Of a stretch of DNA of 64,000 nucleotides, positions 36,207 to 49,230 are shown in pieces. Each line of letters opens with the position of its first letter. Position 1 is the first letter of the stretch. Under the pieces are notes generated by a model. It saw only the letters and a list, made by a program, of their open reading frames with translations, was not told the DNA's origin and made no database searches. The translations under genes were made by a program, and so were the position numbers. This stretch comes from Macrostomum hystrix (Eukaryota > Animalia > Platyhelminthes): contig CATNEN010000038.1 in assembly GCA_950097015.1 (NCBI GenBank), forward strand, positions 1,488,001-1,552,000, in the 5' to 3' direction.

Positions 36207-37449
36207 ATGCTCTCAGCAACTGTAGAAACAGCAGGCTGCAGCAAACCAGCACAAAGTCTTCAGTTGACCAGAAAGGAGAGATCGGAGTGCCGTCAAAAGT
36301 GCCGCGACTTGGAGCGGCTCACCGCTGAACGTCAAGATGCCGAGCAGAACTTTAAAATCATCATGCTCGGCGAGTCGGGGGTCGGTAAGACTAGTCTCAT
36401 TTCCAAATTCATCAACAGTACAGCCAACGTGCGAAAAACCGAAACTACCGTATTCTTCGACTACCACCACAAGACTGTGCGTCTAATGGAGAAAGATGTG
36501 AGAATCGGTGTCTGGGACACCTCTGGAATGGTGAGTATTTCTCTAAAAGTTGCTTTTAGCAGTCGGTACTTTTTTAATATACATGCATGATGCCTTATTA
36601 ACGTCCCAGGAGCGATTTCACAATGGAAACCTGACGCAGACGTTCTATCGTGACTCCGACGGTATTCTGCTGGTGTACTCGGTGATGAACAGGGAGTCCT
36701 ACTTAAGTTTGCCGGCTTGGCTCAATAGGGTGAATGAGCTTGAGACTGCATGCCTTTGCTTTTCTGTAGTTTCTGTGGATACATTGGCATTACCTCTAAC
36801 CCATGTAAGACCAGATGTACAGACAGTGGCACAGCCACGACTATTGTGCGGCGCTTCCAAAGGCTGTTTAGAGCTGTTGAGTTCATGGACAGTAGGGCTT
36901 TCACATCTCCTATATCTGGGTGCATTGAAGTACCAGGGAATCATGCCTAAAGACAGAAAGACAAGCTCCAATTACTGGGACTAAAACCCCCCTAAATTAC
37001 TATTATTATAAATAGTAAATAAAAGTAAAAAATTAAAAGCCAAAAATTACTTTAACAAACTCGAAGTACAAAATGGCTCTGATTATCCCTGACCACCGTG
37101 CACGCAGGCCAGAAATAAACTCGGCCCAGAAAATCTGTTTGACTGCTGCGTCGTTGGCAACAAGTCTGATTTGTCTGATGGTCCTCGCGTTGTCTCCCTG
37201 AGGAAGGCACAGAGCTTCGCTCACCAGCACGGCTTCACCTACATTGAGACATCCGCCATCGACGTTCTGAACGTCCAGAAGGCGTTCAACGATCTCGCCC
37301 TGGCCGTGGTGAAGCGCAAGCAGATTACCGAGCAGTTTCGCCGTTCAGCATCGGTGTCTCACTTCCCGTCTCGGGCGTCATCATTTCGGCTGTTTCGACG
37401 CGACAGCGGTAGTGAAAATAGCAAATCCAACAGCTGCGGCTGCGTGTGA
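36207..37449 (+). CDS. Divergent Rab-family small GTPase, paralog 2, 3 exons
   Basis: Exons 36207-36530, 36610-36729, 37108-37449, with the same intron positions as paralog 1. GESGVGKT, WDTSGMERF, GNKSD, ETSA, C-terminal CGCV. Start codon uncertain. Confidence 0.88.
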
Positions 37450-38819
37450 CTGCGGCTGCAGAGGCTTCACAACAAACAGTGAAAATGTTTAGTGGATTTG
37501 AATATCCACCTCTGCGCATTCTAAAATTGTTTCTAAATTCTGTTTTTGTCGACCGAAAGAATTTTCGTCAGCTCGTATTCAGAACTCCAATAATATTGCA
37601 CTCAAACGCTCCGCTTGAACTGGGAGATGTTTTAGCATTCACAGTTTGCGTTTCTCTGCAATATTCTTGGCCACTTCAAATAGAGGTTATGGCAGACAGT
37701 CCAGACACGATTCGTGTTAAGCAGCCGCAGCACTTTGTCTTTCGAACGCGTCGGGCAAGCGAAAAGTTAATGGAGACTACGAGCGTATAGGCAACGCTCG
37801 CATGCAACAAACGAGGATGAATTAGCAGATGACCAATCACGAAGCCGTGAAATGCGCAGGGGAGAGGGAAAATGTTTCACTCAGTGACGTCACAAGGTGT
37901 CAAATCTTCAAGTTTCGGAGCATTCTTTCGTTTTTACTGTTTCGAGTTTTACTATTTATATTGCAGCGCAAACCTTTTATTGTTTGAGCTTCCTACTTGT
38001 CAAACAATACAATATCGATACACAATAACGATAACAATATTTTGTATCGTTAGGCTGCGTGAACGAGCCCTAACCCTAAAAAATGAGTATTTTAACATGT
38101 CAAAAAAACATGTGTTATAGTTAAACACACTGCAAAGGCACATCATAAATATATATTATATTATTATATTATATTATATTATTTCTTAGATTATATTATT
38201 AAATCGAATAATCAGGTATTAGTATCATACGTAGCTGTCTTATGGATATATACTCGTAGCTTAAAATGAATCGCTAAAGAGGAATTTTTACTAGAGTTGT
38301 CTTTCTAAAAATTTTTACGTTAATGATCGCGTCTTTTATAGCGGTTTTCCAACACAAGCATATCAGCTACTTGTAGTAGATCCTTACGTAGCTGCTAAAA
38401 TCTCAGCATTTAATTTGAAAATGCTTAATAAAGTGATTCTCGTGTAAATGAAAATAACCAAATGGGCATGAGAATGAGCAGTGTAAATGAACAATGAGGT
38501 ATCGACTGCAAACACTTAGAGAGAACTTTTATTCGAGTCTTTATCAAAGGAGCGAATCGCTTGCTGCTCTTATTCTTTTCGCACATGTATACATGTAGTT
38601 CCCGTCGGGGCAGCTGGAGGCGGTCACTAAGCGCGATTCGGTTCGTCACTACACGTGAGAACAGAAACACCGATGCACTGGTTGACTTTTCAGGACGACA
38701 CGATCTGGTATCGGAGAAGACAATGTTCCGAAAGCTGAAACAGCTAGACCGGTGACTTTTGCAGGATGCAAACGACCACGCCAAAGCGCTTATATGGTAA
38801 ATTCGCCATGAGGAGACTC

Positions 38820-39080
38820 ACTCAGCTCGGCTCAGCTGAATGCCGGCCACGTCATTCGAGCGGAGTAGCGCTGCCCAGAGCCCCTGCAAGACGTGCTGCT
38901 GCTTTCACTGCAAGGACCACAGCGGCGTGGCCAGTCGAGGACATTGCGCTACGTCGACCTGCTTCTGTCGGACACCGGCATCTCCAACCCTCGTGAACTG
39001 GCAATCCTGCGAAACTCTGCGCTTGCGCGCGCATTTAAAAAACTCTCGGCCTTGGCCAGGGTAGTTGTAGTTTGCTGTTA
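38820..39080 (+). mobile_element. Short 3' fragment of an RTE-like LINE
   Basis: AGHVIRAE*RCPEPLQDVLLLSLQGPQRRGQSRTLRYVDLL, homologous to the copies at 23323 and 49231. Confidence 0.8.
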
Positions 39081-39493
39081 TTCTCGTTGTACTCATAGTT
39101 TACAGATTGCCAATGCAGGAGCGAATACGAAATTTTCTGACGAAATTCGACGAGATGCAGCGAGTAGCAGATTTTCAGCAACTGCGCATCGAACGTAGAA
39201 CAGATTACAGAAAAAAAATAAAATATGCATTTTTCTGCCTTGTTACTAAAGTTTGCTACTGTCGGCACTGTTGGCTAACAATGACCTCACGATGCGAGTC
39301 GGAGAAGAACACAATGAGTAGTGCGCACTCGTGAGCAGCTTTAAATAGCTTCACAACAAGCGCATCTTCACTGTGGAAGCCTCTGCATTGGGGTGGCTCG
39401 AAGAACCTTGACTAAGACAAGAGGGTCTCTAATTTTTAAGGTATAATGCGAAGAGCCAGCTTTTGTTTTGGCAACATAATTGTGTGCTCTCGA

Positions 39494-39578
39494 CTAGCGC
39501 TGTGAGTAGCGCTGTGAGTAGCGCTGTGAGTAGCGCTGTGAGTAGCGCTGTGAGTAGCGCTGTGAGTAGCGCTGTGAG
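39494..39578. repeat. 12-bp tandem repeat TAGCGCTGTGAG
   Basis: 7 perfect units. Confidence 0.95.
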
Positions 39579-40086
39579 CCTCTCTAATGTGAGCCGCTCT
39601 GTTTAACAACTGAATATATTAACGCAAATGCCTGTTCGGGTTGTCATTGCGAAGCATTATTTTATTTTATTTTAGTAAAAATAAAATATTCGTTACCATT
39701 TAAGCTACCCTGGTAAGTAAGTAGCATAGCAAAGTCACTTGTTTAAAGGCCAAATAAAATTAGATCCAAGCACAACTATCGGCAAACATCCGGCAGCTCA
39801 GCTAGCACGAATCAGTTGATAAGTGCGATTGCGTTGAACAGTTTCAATTGTTTTTCCTTCTTACTGTGTACCTTAGCGACGTGCAAACCTAAAGACTTAC
39901 CTTTAACAAGACAGCCGCACGCTAAACTATATACGAGAACTCAAATTTTCTTGCACTTAGAAAAAGCAGTCAGGTATTGAAATTATAAAAATTTAAAGCT
40001 TAAAGTCTTCTAATCAAAGAAAAATTATGGAATCAAAACTTAAGTTTCATTCAAAAGATTATTTCCTAACAGTTGTAGTTTTTAGC

Positions 40087-41070
40087 TCAGCCTCGTGAGT
40101 AGACGAGAACCTCGCACAAGGTGAGTGGCGTGGCAGCCAGTCGGTTGGTCACGCGGATCACTGAGCCATGCAGCTCGCACAGAAACGCTCTCACGGCAAA
40201 CGTGACGTTTGAATTGTACTGAGCACAGGTGATGCCACTCACTTCGATGGTAAACTTTGTGAGTCGCTCACGACAGCAGTCGACTCGATTGTACAGGACC
40301 ACGTGTGAGATATTGGTAGAAGCGGTTAGGAAGCCTTGCCAACATGAGTAGCTTTGTGAGTTAGTGTGAGTGCACGAGGCGGCTGTAGAAAAAAAGTCGA
40401 AGGCAATAGAACCATCGTAAGCCCTATCACAATGGCCGCGAACCGAGAAGTAGTTTGAGCTCTGCTGACAGCTGGTGAAATTGCTCCTCACTATAACGCC
40501 TGCAAGTTGTATTTAAAAAACGAGTCTCAAAATGTTTCGCCAACATTAGGATATTAGGTCACAATCGCTAAAAGCATCAGCAGCCAAATATTTCTGAGCA
40601 GCATCAAATGAAGCAACATAGAAGCTTTGGCCTCCTGCTCATCGACGAGATTCCCAAAGATAATGAATCACATTTCTGAATCATAACAAAAAGTACCTGT
40701 CAAACTCACCTGGAAAGTCGGCCCTAGCAACGTAGGTTCGTCCGCGGCACGTCGAGTCGCTGGTCCAGTTGAGCACGTAGGCTGTCAGATCGAAGGCCAT
40801 ACAACTGCGGGCCTCAGCGACCCAGTGAACTCCGAAGCAGTCCGCGAACTTGGCGCACTCAATGAGGCAACTGAGCAGGCTGCTCACGGACACTGTGCGA
40901 ACAGCTGCATCAGCCAATGCTGATGAGGCGTTGGCGAGGTTCCCGGACGGTGGGCAGTTGAGGGTGGCGGGGTGGAGGATCAGGCGGAAGTCTGGATTAT
41001 CGCAGGAGTTAGCGAGGCCGCAAGGAATGAGCAGGATGATGAGTAGATACAGCGGCATTGTTGATGGCAT
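40087..41070 (-). CDS. Secreted PAN/apple + F-type lectin (fucolectin) protein, copy 1
   Basis: Exon 41070-40710 has signal peptide MPLYLLIILLIPCGLA and a PAN-like C-x3-C..C..C pattern. Exon 40499-40087 has AYDG, HX26RVDCCRER and LTLCEVLVY. Confidence 0.88.
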
Positions 41071-42509
41071 GTGGAGTTCAGGCTTTGACTGAAAATTTCC
41101 TTTTTAATTTAACGAGCATTGAGTTGCAACTGAGATCCAATCAGGAGTCAGCAAAGCTAGCCTAACAGAAACAGTCTGTTGGTGAACCCAGACTTTTTGG
41201 TTCGTTTTTAACCTGTTTTGTTGGCAAGTTTTTCAATTGAAAGTATTTGAAAGTAATTTTTTTACTTTTTAGTCACCAAAGTTTACACCACGCATTCTAG
41301 TTACGTATTCAATGTGTATCTTGCCCTACTTGATGTTTTGCAGTTGTTTGATTGTGCTTGATTTCATAGGGTGTTTTGATGTTATAGTGCTGGAACAGAC
41401 CCCTGCAGTTCCGATTCCGTCCAGCCCAGCAACAACAGTGTTTTGACCAGTATTTACGCTAGTCGCAAGTAGAAGTGTATTTTAGGAGAGTAATTAGAAC
41501 ACGAGAACCCTTAAGAGAACTGCTTTGACATAGCTTTCGTCTTTGCCTGTATGCCAGCTGCTAAATTCAGCAAGACAAGCGACTCACTTCGTAGAATGTC
41601 ACTTGCGAAAGACAAATAGATGAAGATTAGATTGACTCTGCTAAATCTACAATTTTATGAGCTTTAGTGGAAGTAATATTTCAGCAAGTAATGGTGGAGA
41701 CTCAATTTAATTGAGTGAAACTGGAAAACATGCAGTTTTCATATCTGGTTACCATAGCAACTTAATTTCCGAGAGTAGGAGTGTAGAAAGCATGTGTACA
41801 CAATAGTGTATAGTAATGTACGCTCGTACATTCTAACTATGGTGAATTACGCGTTTTTAATGAATTTTCGTACTGATCGGGCAATCTGAACCGACCACCA
41901 ATACGTTCCCTTGCTCTTTCATTGCACTAAAATATAAAATAATAATTTACTACCATGGTGCCTGAGCAACATCCTTTGCATCCTTAATATAACACCCTTC
42001 AGCAACTAACTCGAGTATAAACAGCGCGTATAGTGCCTAAAATTGGTGGCACAGAAACCAGCACATACTACTAGAAAATGAATTTCTAGAAGCCTGCTCA
42101 GTATTAACGAATGGTTTACACCACGCAGCGCGAAAGCTGGGCACAAGTGGGTACCCGCTGATATAAACCCAGCACAAGGCGGCGGGGTGGGTGTCTGGGG
42201 TGGGTGTTTGCACCCAATCAGCGAGCGCCTACACACCACACCCCCAGGAACGAAAGCGGACACAGAAATTGCGATACGGCAGAAAACGAGCACGAAATCG
42301 GGACTGTCTATGGCTCAGACAGGATTTTGAATTTGCATCAAATATTGCAAATTTTTTGTTTGATGAATGAGAAAGTGAGAAAGCAAGTATAAAAGCTGCA
42401 AGAAATGGAAGCGTACTTTAAAAAAAGAAATACGTTATGTAATGAACAAATATTTTTTTCGGGACATTTCAAGGCAAGTTTATTACATGGCCAAGTGTAT
42501 TACATGTAG

Positions 42510-42850
42510 CAGTAGGACTACTAAGCCATCTTGCCGCCCGTTTTTATACCAAAGGGGGGAATTTACCCCCCAGAATTTTTTTGCAGCGCCTGAATGCTAA
42601 CAGCGTTGGGTTGTGACTGATTGGTTGACAGACTAGTACTGTGGTGTACTGTGGTGTTCTGTGGTAAAGCTGGACCTAGTATTTAGGCTTGATCGGTGAA
42701 ATCGGAGATATTCACGTCAAGGGTGTCCAAGTGGCCTATTACCACCTGTTGTAGCCCTTAAATGTCCAGCAAATCCGTCCAGATAAAGGTAGGTGACCAC
42801 CGAAGACGGAGATGATGCAGGCATATTCGGGTGACATGCTGGCACTGAGT
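42510..42850. mobile_element. Second copy of the unclassified dispersed repeat seen at 15669
   Basis: Shared terminus and the shared tgtccagc..ccgtc.agataaaggt.ggtga.cac.gaag.cggagatgatgcaggc block. Confidence 0.6.
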
Positions 42851-42957
42851 GAAAACTATAAGAGGGGAAAAACTTCACACTACAATGAGCTGAAAAGCCT
42901 TTGAATATAAAAATAAAATGAATTTCCTCATTTTCTACTTCCTCTCTGCACGTTGGC

Positions 42958-43240
42958 AATAATAGTAATAATAATAATAATAATAATAATTGGTTACACC
43001 AGCCCAATTGGGTCAGATGTGCAGCCGACAGCACAGCCGCAGCTATTGCGCGGCGCATCTGAAGGCTGCGTACCGCTGTTCAGTCCATGGACTGGGGGAC
43101 GCCACACCCACCCTCAATCACCCCAGCTAATGCAGGTACCCATTTCACAGCTGGGTGAACTGCAGCAATGCAGAGTCAAGTGTCTTGCTAAATAACCCAA
43201 ATTCTTCCAGTTGAGTCAGGAATCGAAACCCGACCTTGGG
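42958..43240 (-). mobile_element. SINE family A, near full length, with (ATT)n tail
   Basis: Sense strand: tRNA B box, CORE-like block, GC-rich 3' part, ending gtgtaaccaattattattatt. Confidence 0.88.
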
Positions 43241-44192
43241 TCTTGCAACGTGGCAACGTCTTAACTTCTCGAGTTTATTGTTTCCGAGTCGAATGGTTCA
43301 CATGGTTCTTCGGAACTCTGAGTCTGTGATTTCCGTAAGGTATCATTCTCGTACCTATACAGCTATACTAATAACAGCATTCCTTTGATGCTACTCACCG
43401 TACATGCCAGTAGTCGTGTTAGACTAGCACATCACTCGTCTACAAAGTGCTGGATTGTGCCTATAAGCCTTGCTTAAACTCATCAATGATAGTAAGAATT
43501 CGATCTTACTTAGATGCCTACAAGACACAAAAGTACAAGAGAAGTATGAAGACTCTGTGCCTACGTTGAGCTGAATACGAGAGAGACAAAGCATAAAACT
43601 GGCAAATAATAGCTACTAGCTCCTCTACTAAATATTAGCTCCTCTACTCTAGAACACAATGCTAAGTTTTGCCAGCCGGAATTGACCTTGAACGAAGGAC
43701 GTCGTCATTCGTCTTCGTCGAACGTCCAGAAGCTGTAAAAAGTCTGAAGACTGCAACAGCATCACTAATACCTCGGCTCACGTGCTCAATGTGCTCCCGC
43801 GTGCTCAAACCGGATTCCATGGTCTCCGACAGGAGGTGTCCAGCGTCTCTTCTACCCTGCCCTGGAGCCGATCCCTCCAGTGCGGTATGAAGGCAGTTCC
43901 TATGATCAGCGAGGTGAGAGGAGGCCACACCATACATCCCTCATGCCCTTTCAGTCACTATGTATCTGAAATGCTGTGGGCCGCTGGTCGCACAAACTTT
44001 GAAGACCCGACGGATCAACCCGTGGCGTCTTCTCATTATCAGTAGAACAACCACGGGAATATTTGAAATATCCACATTTTTTTCTTTTTCTTGATCTCGT
44101 AAGTTAGTCAACCAATGGCTATAAAGTCAAATGTAACATTTTTAATCCAACTCGTAATGATTCGCAATAGCGGCTTATACAGAACAATGTTA

Positions 44193-44557
44193 ATAATACT
44201 AATAATAATTGGAGGAGGGCTGCGGGCAATGGCACATCATTTAGTGGCACTAGACCCGCAGCCAGCAAGGAGGCAATTCTGCCCATTTCGCTGACTCCTG
44301 AGCACACACGCACACAGATACCGTACGCAGGCACACGCTCACACAGGTTTACATCTGCCCTAACTTTCTCATCGTCAGGCGGTGTACACTTCACTGTGGC
44401 TTTGGAGGTTGGCCCTCAAGGGCGTAAATTGCACGACAAGCCCCCAAGCCTTCTCTCCGCGGCTGCGCCCCAAATAAATGTGGCCTCGCCGTGGAATCGA
44501 ACTTAGGGACCTTGGAGCGAGAGGCAAACGCGATAACCGCTCTGCCACCGACCCCCT
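44193..44557 (-). mobile_element. tRNA-derived SINE family B, full length
   Basis: A box tggcagagcgg, B box gttcgattcc, 3' hairpin ggctgcggg/cccgcagcc, (ATT)n tail, perfect 15-bp TSD TACAGAACAATGTTA. Confidence 0.92.
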
Positions 44558-44804
44558 TACAGAACAATGTTAGTTGTCATTGTCACCAGGGTCTTCGACA
44601 GGATTAGCTGATAATGTCTCGACGATGCTGACGTCGGACGGCTTAGAAAGTTTGTTCATCGCAAGGGTGAAGTAAATTGCTCAAAGGGTGGTCCTTCACG
44701 AAAATCGGTATTTTGATTAATGTTTTGTATTATTTCGTATATTCCACATCAAATCACGATGATTTCGTGATTCTGAAATTGCCGTTAGAAGTACATTCTT
44801 GCAC

Positions 44805-45000
44805 AGAAGTGCCACAATGAGTAGCTTTCAAATTGAGTGTGAGTGCAAGACGCAGACACCGCAGTGGAATAAAAGTCCGAGGCAATAGAACCATCGTAAG
44901 CCCTATCACAATGGCCGCGAACCGAGAAGTAGTTTGAGCTCGCTGACAGCTGGTGAAATTGCTCCTCGCTGTAACGCCCCAAAGTTACATAAAAAACAAG
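44805..45000 (-). pseudogene. Fragment of the F-type lectin exon
   Basis: Homologous to 40335-40540 (SNYFSVRGHCDRAYDGSIA..SCTHT). Truncated and frameshifted, with the acceptor lost. Confidence 0.8.
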
Positions 45001-45064
45001 TCTCAAAAATGTTTAGCCAAAAAAATAAATTAGATCACAATCACGACAGTATTTGTGTCGTCGC

Positions 45065-45215
45065 TTGCGTACTGCCTGCGTACAGTATTTGTGTGCGAGT
45101 GTGCTCAGGAGTCAGCGAAATGGGCAGAATTGCCTCCTCGCTGGCTGCGGGTCTAGTGTCACTAAATGATGTGCCATTGCCCGCAGCCCTCCTGCAATTA
45201 TTATTTTTATTATTA
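45065..45215 (+). mobile_element. SINE family B, 3' fragment
   Basis: Matches the 3' half of 44193-44557 in the opposite orientation. Confidence 0.8.
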
Positions 45216-46809
45216 AAGCGACGACATGAACTAAAAAACCACCTTAAAAATTTCTGTCTTGATGCTACATTATATATGTTTAAGTAGTGTCAGACGGCAT
45301 GTACAATTGAAGCGTAAAATACATAAAACGTTCAATTTGGATCCCCATCTCGTGCATAATCAAACTATAGCTCATACTCAAGATGCATGAAAAGACTGAA
45401 AGTGTTTTACTTGAGCATACGCGTGAAACGAGCTTTTTCACGAATCATAAAACGTGGCGTATTCATAGTGAGTCACAATGTGAACTTGCAATGCTTTCGT
45501 ATTCGCCTAGCCGTGATGTCTGGAAGCGCGGTTGCGAGCGAGGAAATCGTACCTGAGCCAGTCCACTTTCGTCACGCTTGAATTTCAGAAAAGTTAATGG
45601 CAGAGTCCAAATTAAAATGCATCCTGCTTCGACTTTCAAAAATAATAAGTCCGTCAAGTGAAAGAGAAAAATATCAATAGCACAGTTTGAAGCCGAAAGT
45701 CAAAATATTTTGCTAAAGCGAGGGATATGGAGGGGTAAAGAGGAGTGGATGAGGAAGGGACAGATAATTTGAGATGAAAAGGAGGGGGAGGAAAGCGAGA
45801 CGAAGAGTGAGCCAATCAGAGACGGGGTAAAGAAGAGAGAAATGTATAAGTGTTTAAGTAAGAAGCTAAACCGAGAGAGAGGGAGAGAAGAGACGAAAAG
45901 GAGATGGAGAAAAGATTGACAAAGAGTTAGCCAATCAGAAACAAGGTTGAAAAGAGTTAGCTTAGAGTAAGCTAAAGGTTAGCTTAGAGTTTAGCAGACA
46001 GAGTGAGAGTGGGGAGAGTATACTAAGAGGGAACACGACGAGTAGTAAAACCTGAGTCACTCCGTAAACTGCTTTCCTTGCCTGTGACTTCCAGACTTTA
46101 GTCCCAGGATTTTAATCTAGATTTTGCAGTTCACAATTAATACTCATTTTAATCTTCTCGGTGAACTTAACAAAACGTTCAGATGTTGCATATGTTTCGG
46201 AGGCCGACAGAATGAAGGAGTTCTAGGACACAAGCGGTGGCGGTGGGCAACGGCTAGGAGACAAAGAGCTTCTGGCTTACTCAACTGTGTTTGATTATAA
46301 GACACAAGCTCATTAATAGAACTGTAGGCATCACGCAAAACTGTTTCACTGTCAGGATGCTTGTTCCTGAAAAAGTCCCACAAGAGTTCTGTCAATAATG
46401 GCAAGCCAGCCATCATCGGAACAGACAGGGTAATGTGTAGAACAACGATTCCGTACTAAGTAGAAATGCTTGAGGACTACTTTTTACATATTGTCTATTG
46501 TATATTGTATATTGGCAAAAATAATTGCTTTCCTTCCCGAGTTGCAAAATAGAGTGCATTACTGTATGGCGCCTTGACAATAAAACGTATCACCTTCAAT
46601 CGACTGCTGTAACAGTAACTGCTGTAATAGGCCCAAGATATGATTCAACACTTTCAAACACTTCACTTCGCACTTTAGACTCGAGAGAACACAAGAAGAC
46701 AGGTGTCTAATAATTCACAAAAAATTGTCGGCTAATCTGACAGAACTTTTTAATTTGAAAATTCCACATCGAATTACTAAAATCGATGGTTATCATAATT
46801 CGTACAAAA

Positions 46810-47681
46810 TCAGCCTCGTGAGTAGACGAGAACCTCGCACAAGGTGAGTGGGGTGGCAGCAAGCCGGTTGGTCACGCGGATCACTGAGCCATGCAGCTCG
46901 CACAGAAACGCTCTCACGGCAAATGTGACGTTTGAATTGTACTGAGCACAGGTGATGCCACTCACTTCGATGGTAAACTTTGTGAGTCGCTCGTGACAAC
47001 AGTCGACTCGATTGTACAGGACCATGTGAGACAGGTCAGTAGAAGCGGTTAGGAAGGCCTGCCACCATGAGTCGCTTTGTAAGTTAGTGTGAGTGCACGA
47101 GGAGGCAGTTGAGCCAAAGCCAATCGCAATAGAACCATCGTAAGCCCTATCACAATGGCCGCGATCCGAGAAACGGTTTGAGCTCTGCTGACAGCTGGTG
47201 AAATTGCTTCGTGTTGTTACGCCTGTAATTTTTTCGATGCTGTGCTCAGTGTCATTAGAAAACAATCGAATCTAAAACGAAAAACAACGAAGATTTTACT
47301 TTCTCATAAAATATTAATCTATTTCTGCTCACATGCAAAGTCGGCCCTAGCAACGTAGGTTCGTCCGCGGCACGTCGAGTCGCTGGTCCAGTTGAGCACG
47401 TAGGCTGTCAGATCGAAGGCCGTGCAGCTGCGGGCCTCAGCGACCCAGTGAACTCCGAAGCAGTCCGCGAACTTGGCGCACTCAAAGAGGCAACTGAGCA
47501 GGCTGCTCACGGACACCGTGCGAACAGCTGCATCAGCCAATGCTGATGATACGTTGGCGAGGCTCCCGGACGGTGGGCAGTTGAGGTTGGCGGGGTGGAG
47601 GATCAGGCGGAAGTCTGGATTATGGCAGGAGTTAGCGAGGCCGCAAGGAATGAGCAGGATGATGAGTAGATACAGCGGCAT
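46810..47681 (-). CDS. Secreted PAN/apple + F-type lectin protein, copy 2
   Basis: Exons 47681-47333 and 47222-46810, intact frame, HX26RVDCCHER. Confidence 0.88.
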
Positions 47682-49230
47682 TGTTTTCTGATACAGGTGG
47701 GCGAGCTTGTCGGTTAAAATTTTAAACCCATTGTCAGTCTATGCGACGTAAATATCAACTGGAAGTCGGCTTCTCAGCCAATCAAAATGGCAGAGCTTCA
47801 TTTTTACTCTCACCGTAGATCGCAAATTTCAAACAATTGGCTTTTTAAGAATGACTATAGCAAACTGTCTAAATTATTTTTTTGCTTCATGGAACCTCGG
47901 ACCGTGCTATATGAAGGCCTTCATAAAATTATTCACGGTTAGTAATATACATCATGCCATTTTAATGTATACTATGCATTAAGCAAAAGAATGCACATTA
48001 CTAATATACATTATATATTATACATTACACAGTTTTTGGAGCAGTAATACATTGTCACAGTCATAAAATATTTTAGTAGCTCTGGGGCACGTGCGGTAGA
48101 AGGCAAGTTAATATTTTTTTGTGCAAAATCTGCAACAAAAGTCTTTGTGTTGGTCTTTTACCTGCTGTGACAAAGCAGTCAGACTTAAAGACTCGATTGA
48201 AATTTGTTTAAGACGACAGACTTTGCCAAGCATTTCAAGTAAAATTGGAAAGTAAATGTGCGGTGCCTCCCCTGAGTTATTACACAGGTGGTAAGCGGAA
48301 ACCGAAGTAAAAGTGCTGATGTTAAGTGTGAGGTTCGAATTTGGAGAAAGAGGCGAAGACTTCTCTAATCTGAAGACAAGCTCCTGAAATAAACACTGAA
48401 ATAAACGCCTAAAACGGAAGGGTTGCCGCGACCTTGGTCGATTGTCCCGTAAGACTTCTCTCTCGCCTTAGACCTATTAGAAAATAATTAACGCCAGAAA
48501 CTCGACACTCAGAGACAAATGTCTGTGGACAACTTTTCACACTGAAGTGAATTGGACGCTGCTGAACGGTGATGCCTGAAACTTTCTAAGAAGGCCTTAT
48601 GGGTGTCTCGTATTTATGGACGGTTCGGACCCCTTCCTGCTCTGCCATTGGCTGGAGCCTTTCAAGCGCTCTCATTGGCTGGAAAGATTGGGCAGGCTGA
48701 AATTCCATGGGCGTTCCGAAAGTGCCATGGAAAAAACCGTGGAAATACCGGCCACAGTTCTCCTATACTGACACCCTAAGACTCAAACTAGTCTCTAACT
48801 AATTAAGACGAGACTGAGCTAGACCAACAGCGCAATGGCTAACGCGTCAAAGGAGTGGGAACTATAGTTACTAATTCCCATTCTCTGGAATGAGAATGAG
48901 AATCTCATTTGATCACTTATTTTAAATTAAGTTTATGAAATTCATCAAAATTCTATTAACTTGAACAGTCAAATATTTAACGACCAATGCAGCCTTAGCT
49001 TCGAATTTGAGCTTAAATTTGTACTCAAAGGCGGTGAGAACTATTGTTTTTTCTTGGATATATAGTTACATGAATAAAATTTGAACAAACAAACGCAAAT
49101 TTCAATTTCGGGGTTTGATTGATCAGTAGAAGTGGTTTTAGAGGCCTACCAGTAAACAGAAGAATTGGCGATGGTGCAGCTATCCTAAATGTCATCGCTA
49201 CTTGAATTTTTAAGATCTCCTTTTAAGCTA

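Noticed and set aside
44360-44385. Hammerhead ribozyme core (CTGACGA...GAAA) in SINE family B
   Set aside because: No stem II between the two motifs, and the segment is absent from the copy at 10225.
43662-46416. Short ORFs at 43662-44045 and 46144-46416
   Set aside because: No recognisable motifs or consistent splice structure.
48601-48777. Possible PIF/Harbinger MITE (GGGTGTC..GACACCC)
   Set aside because: The TIR is only 7 bp and the flanking trinucleotides differ.
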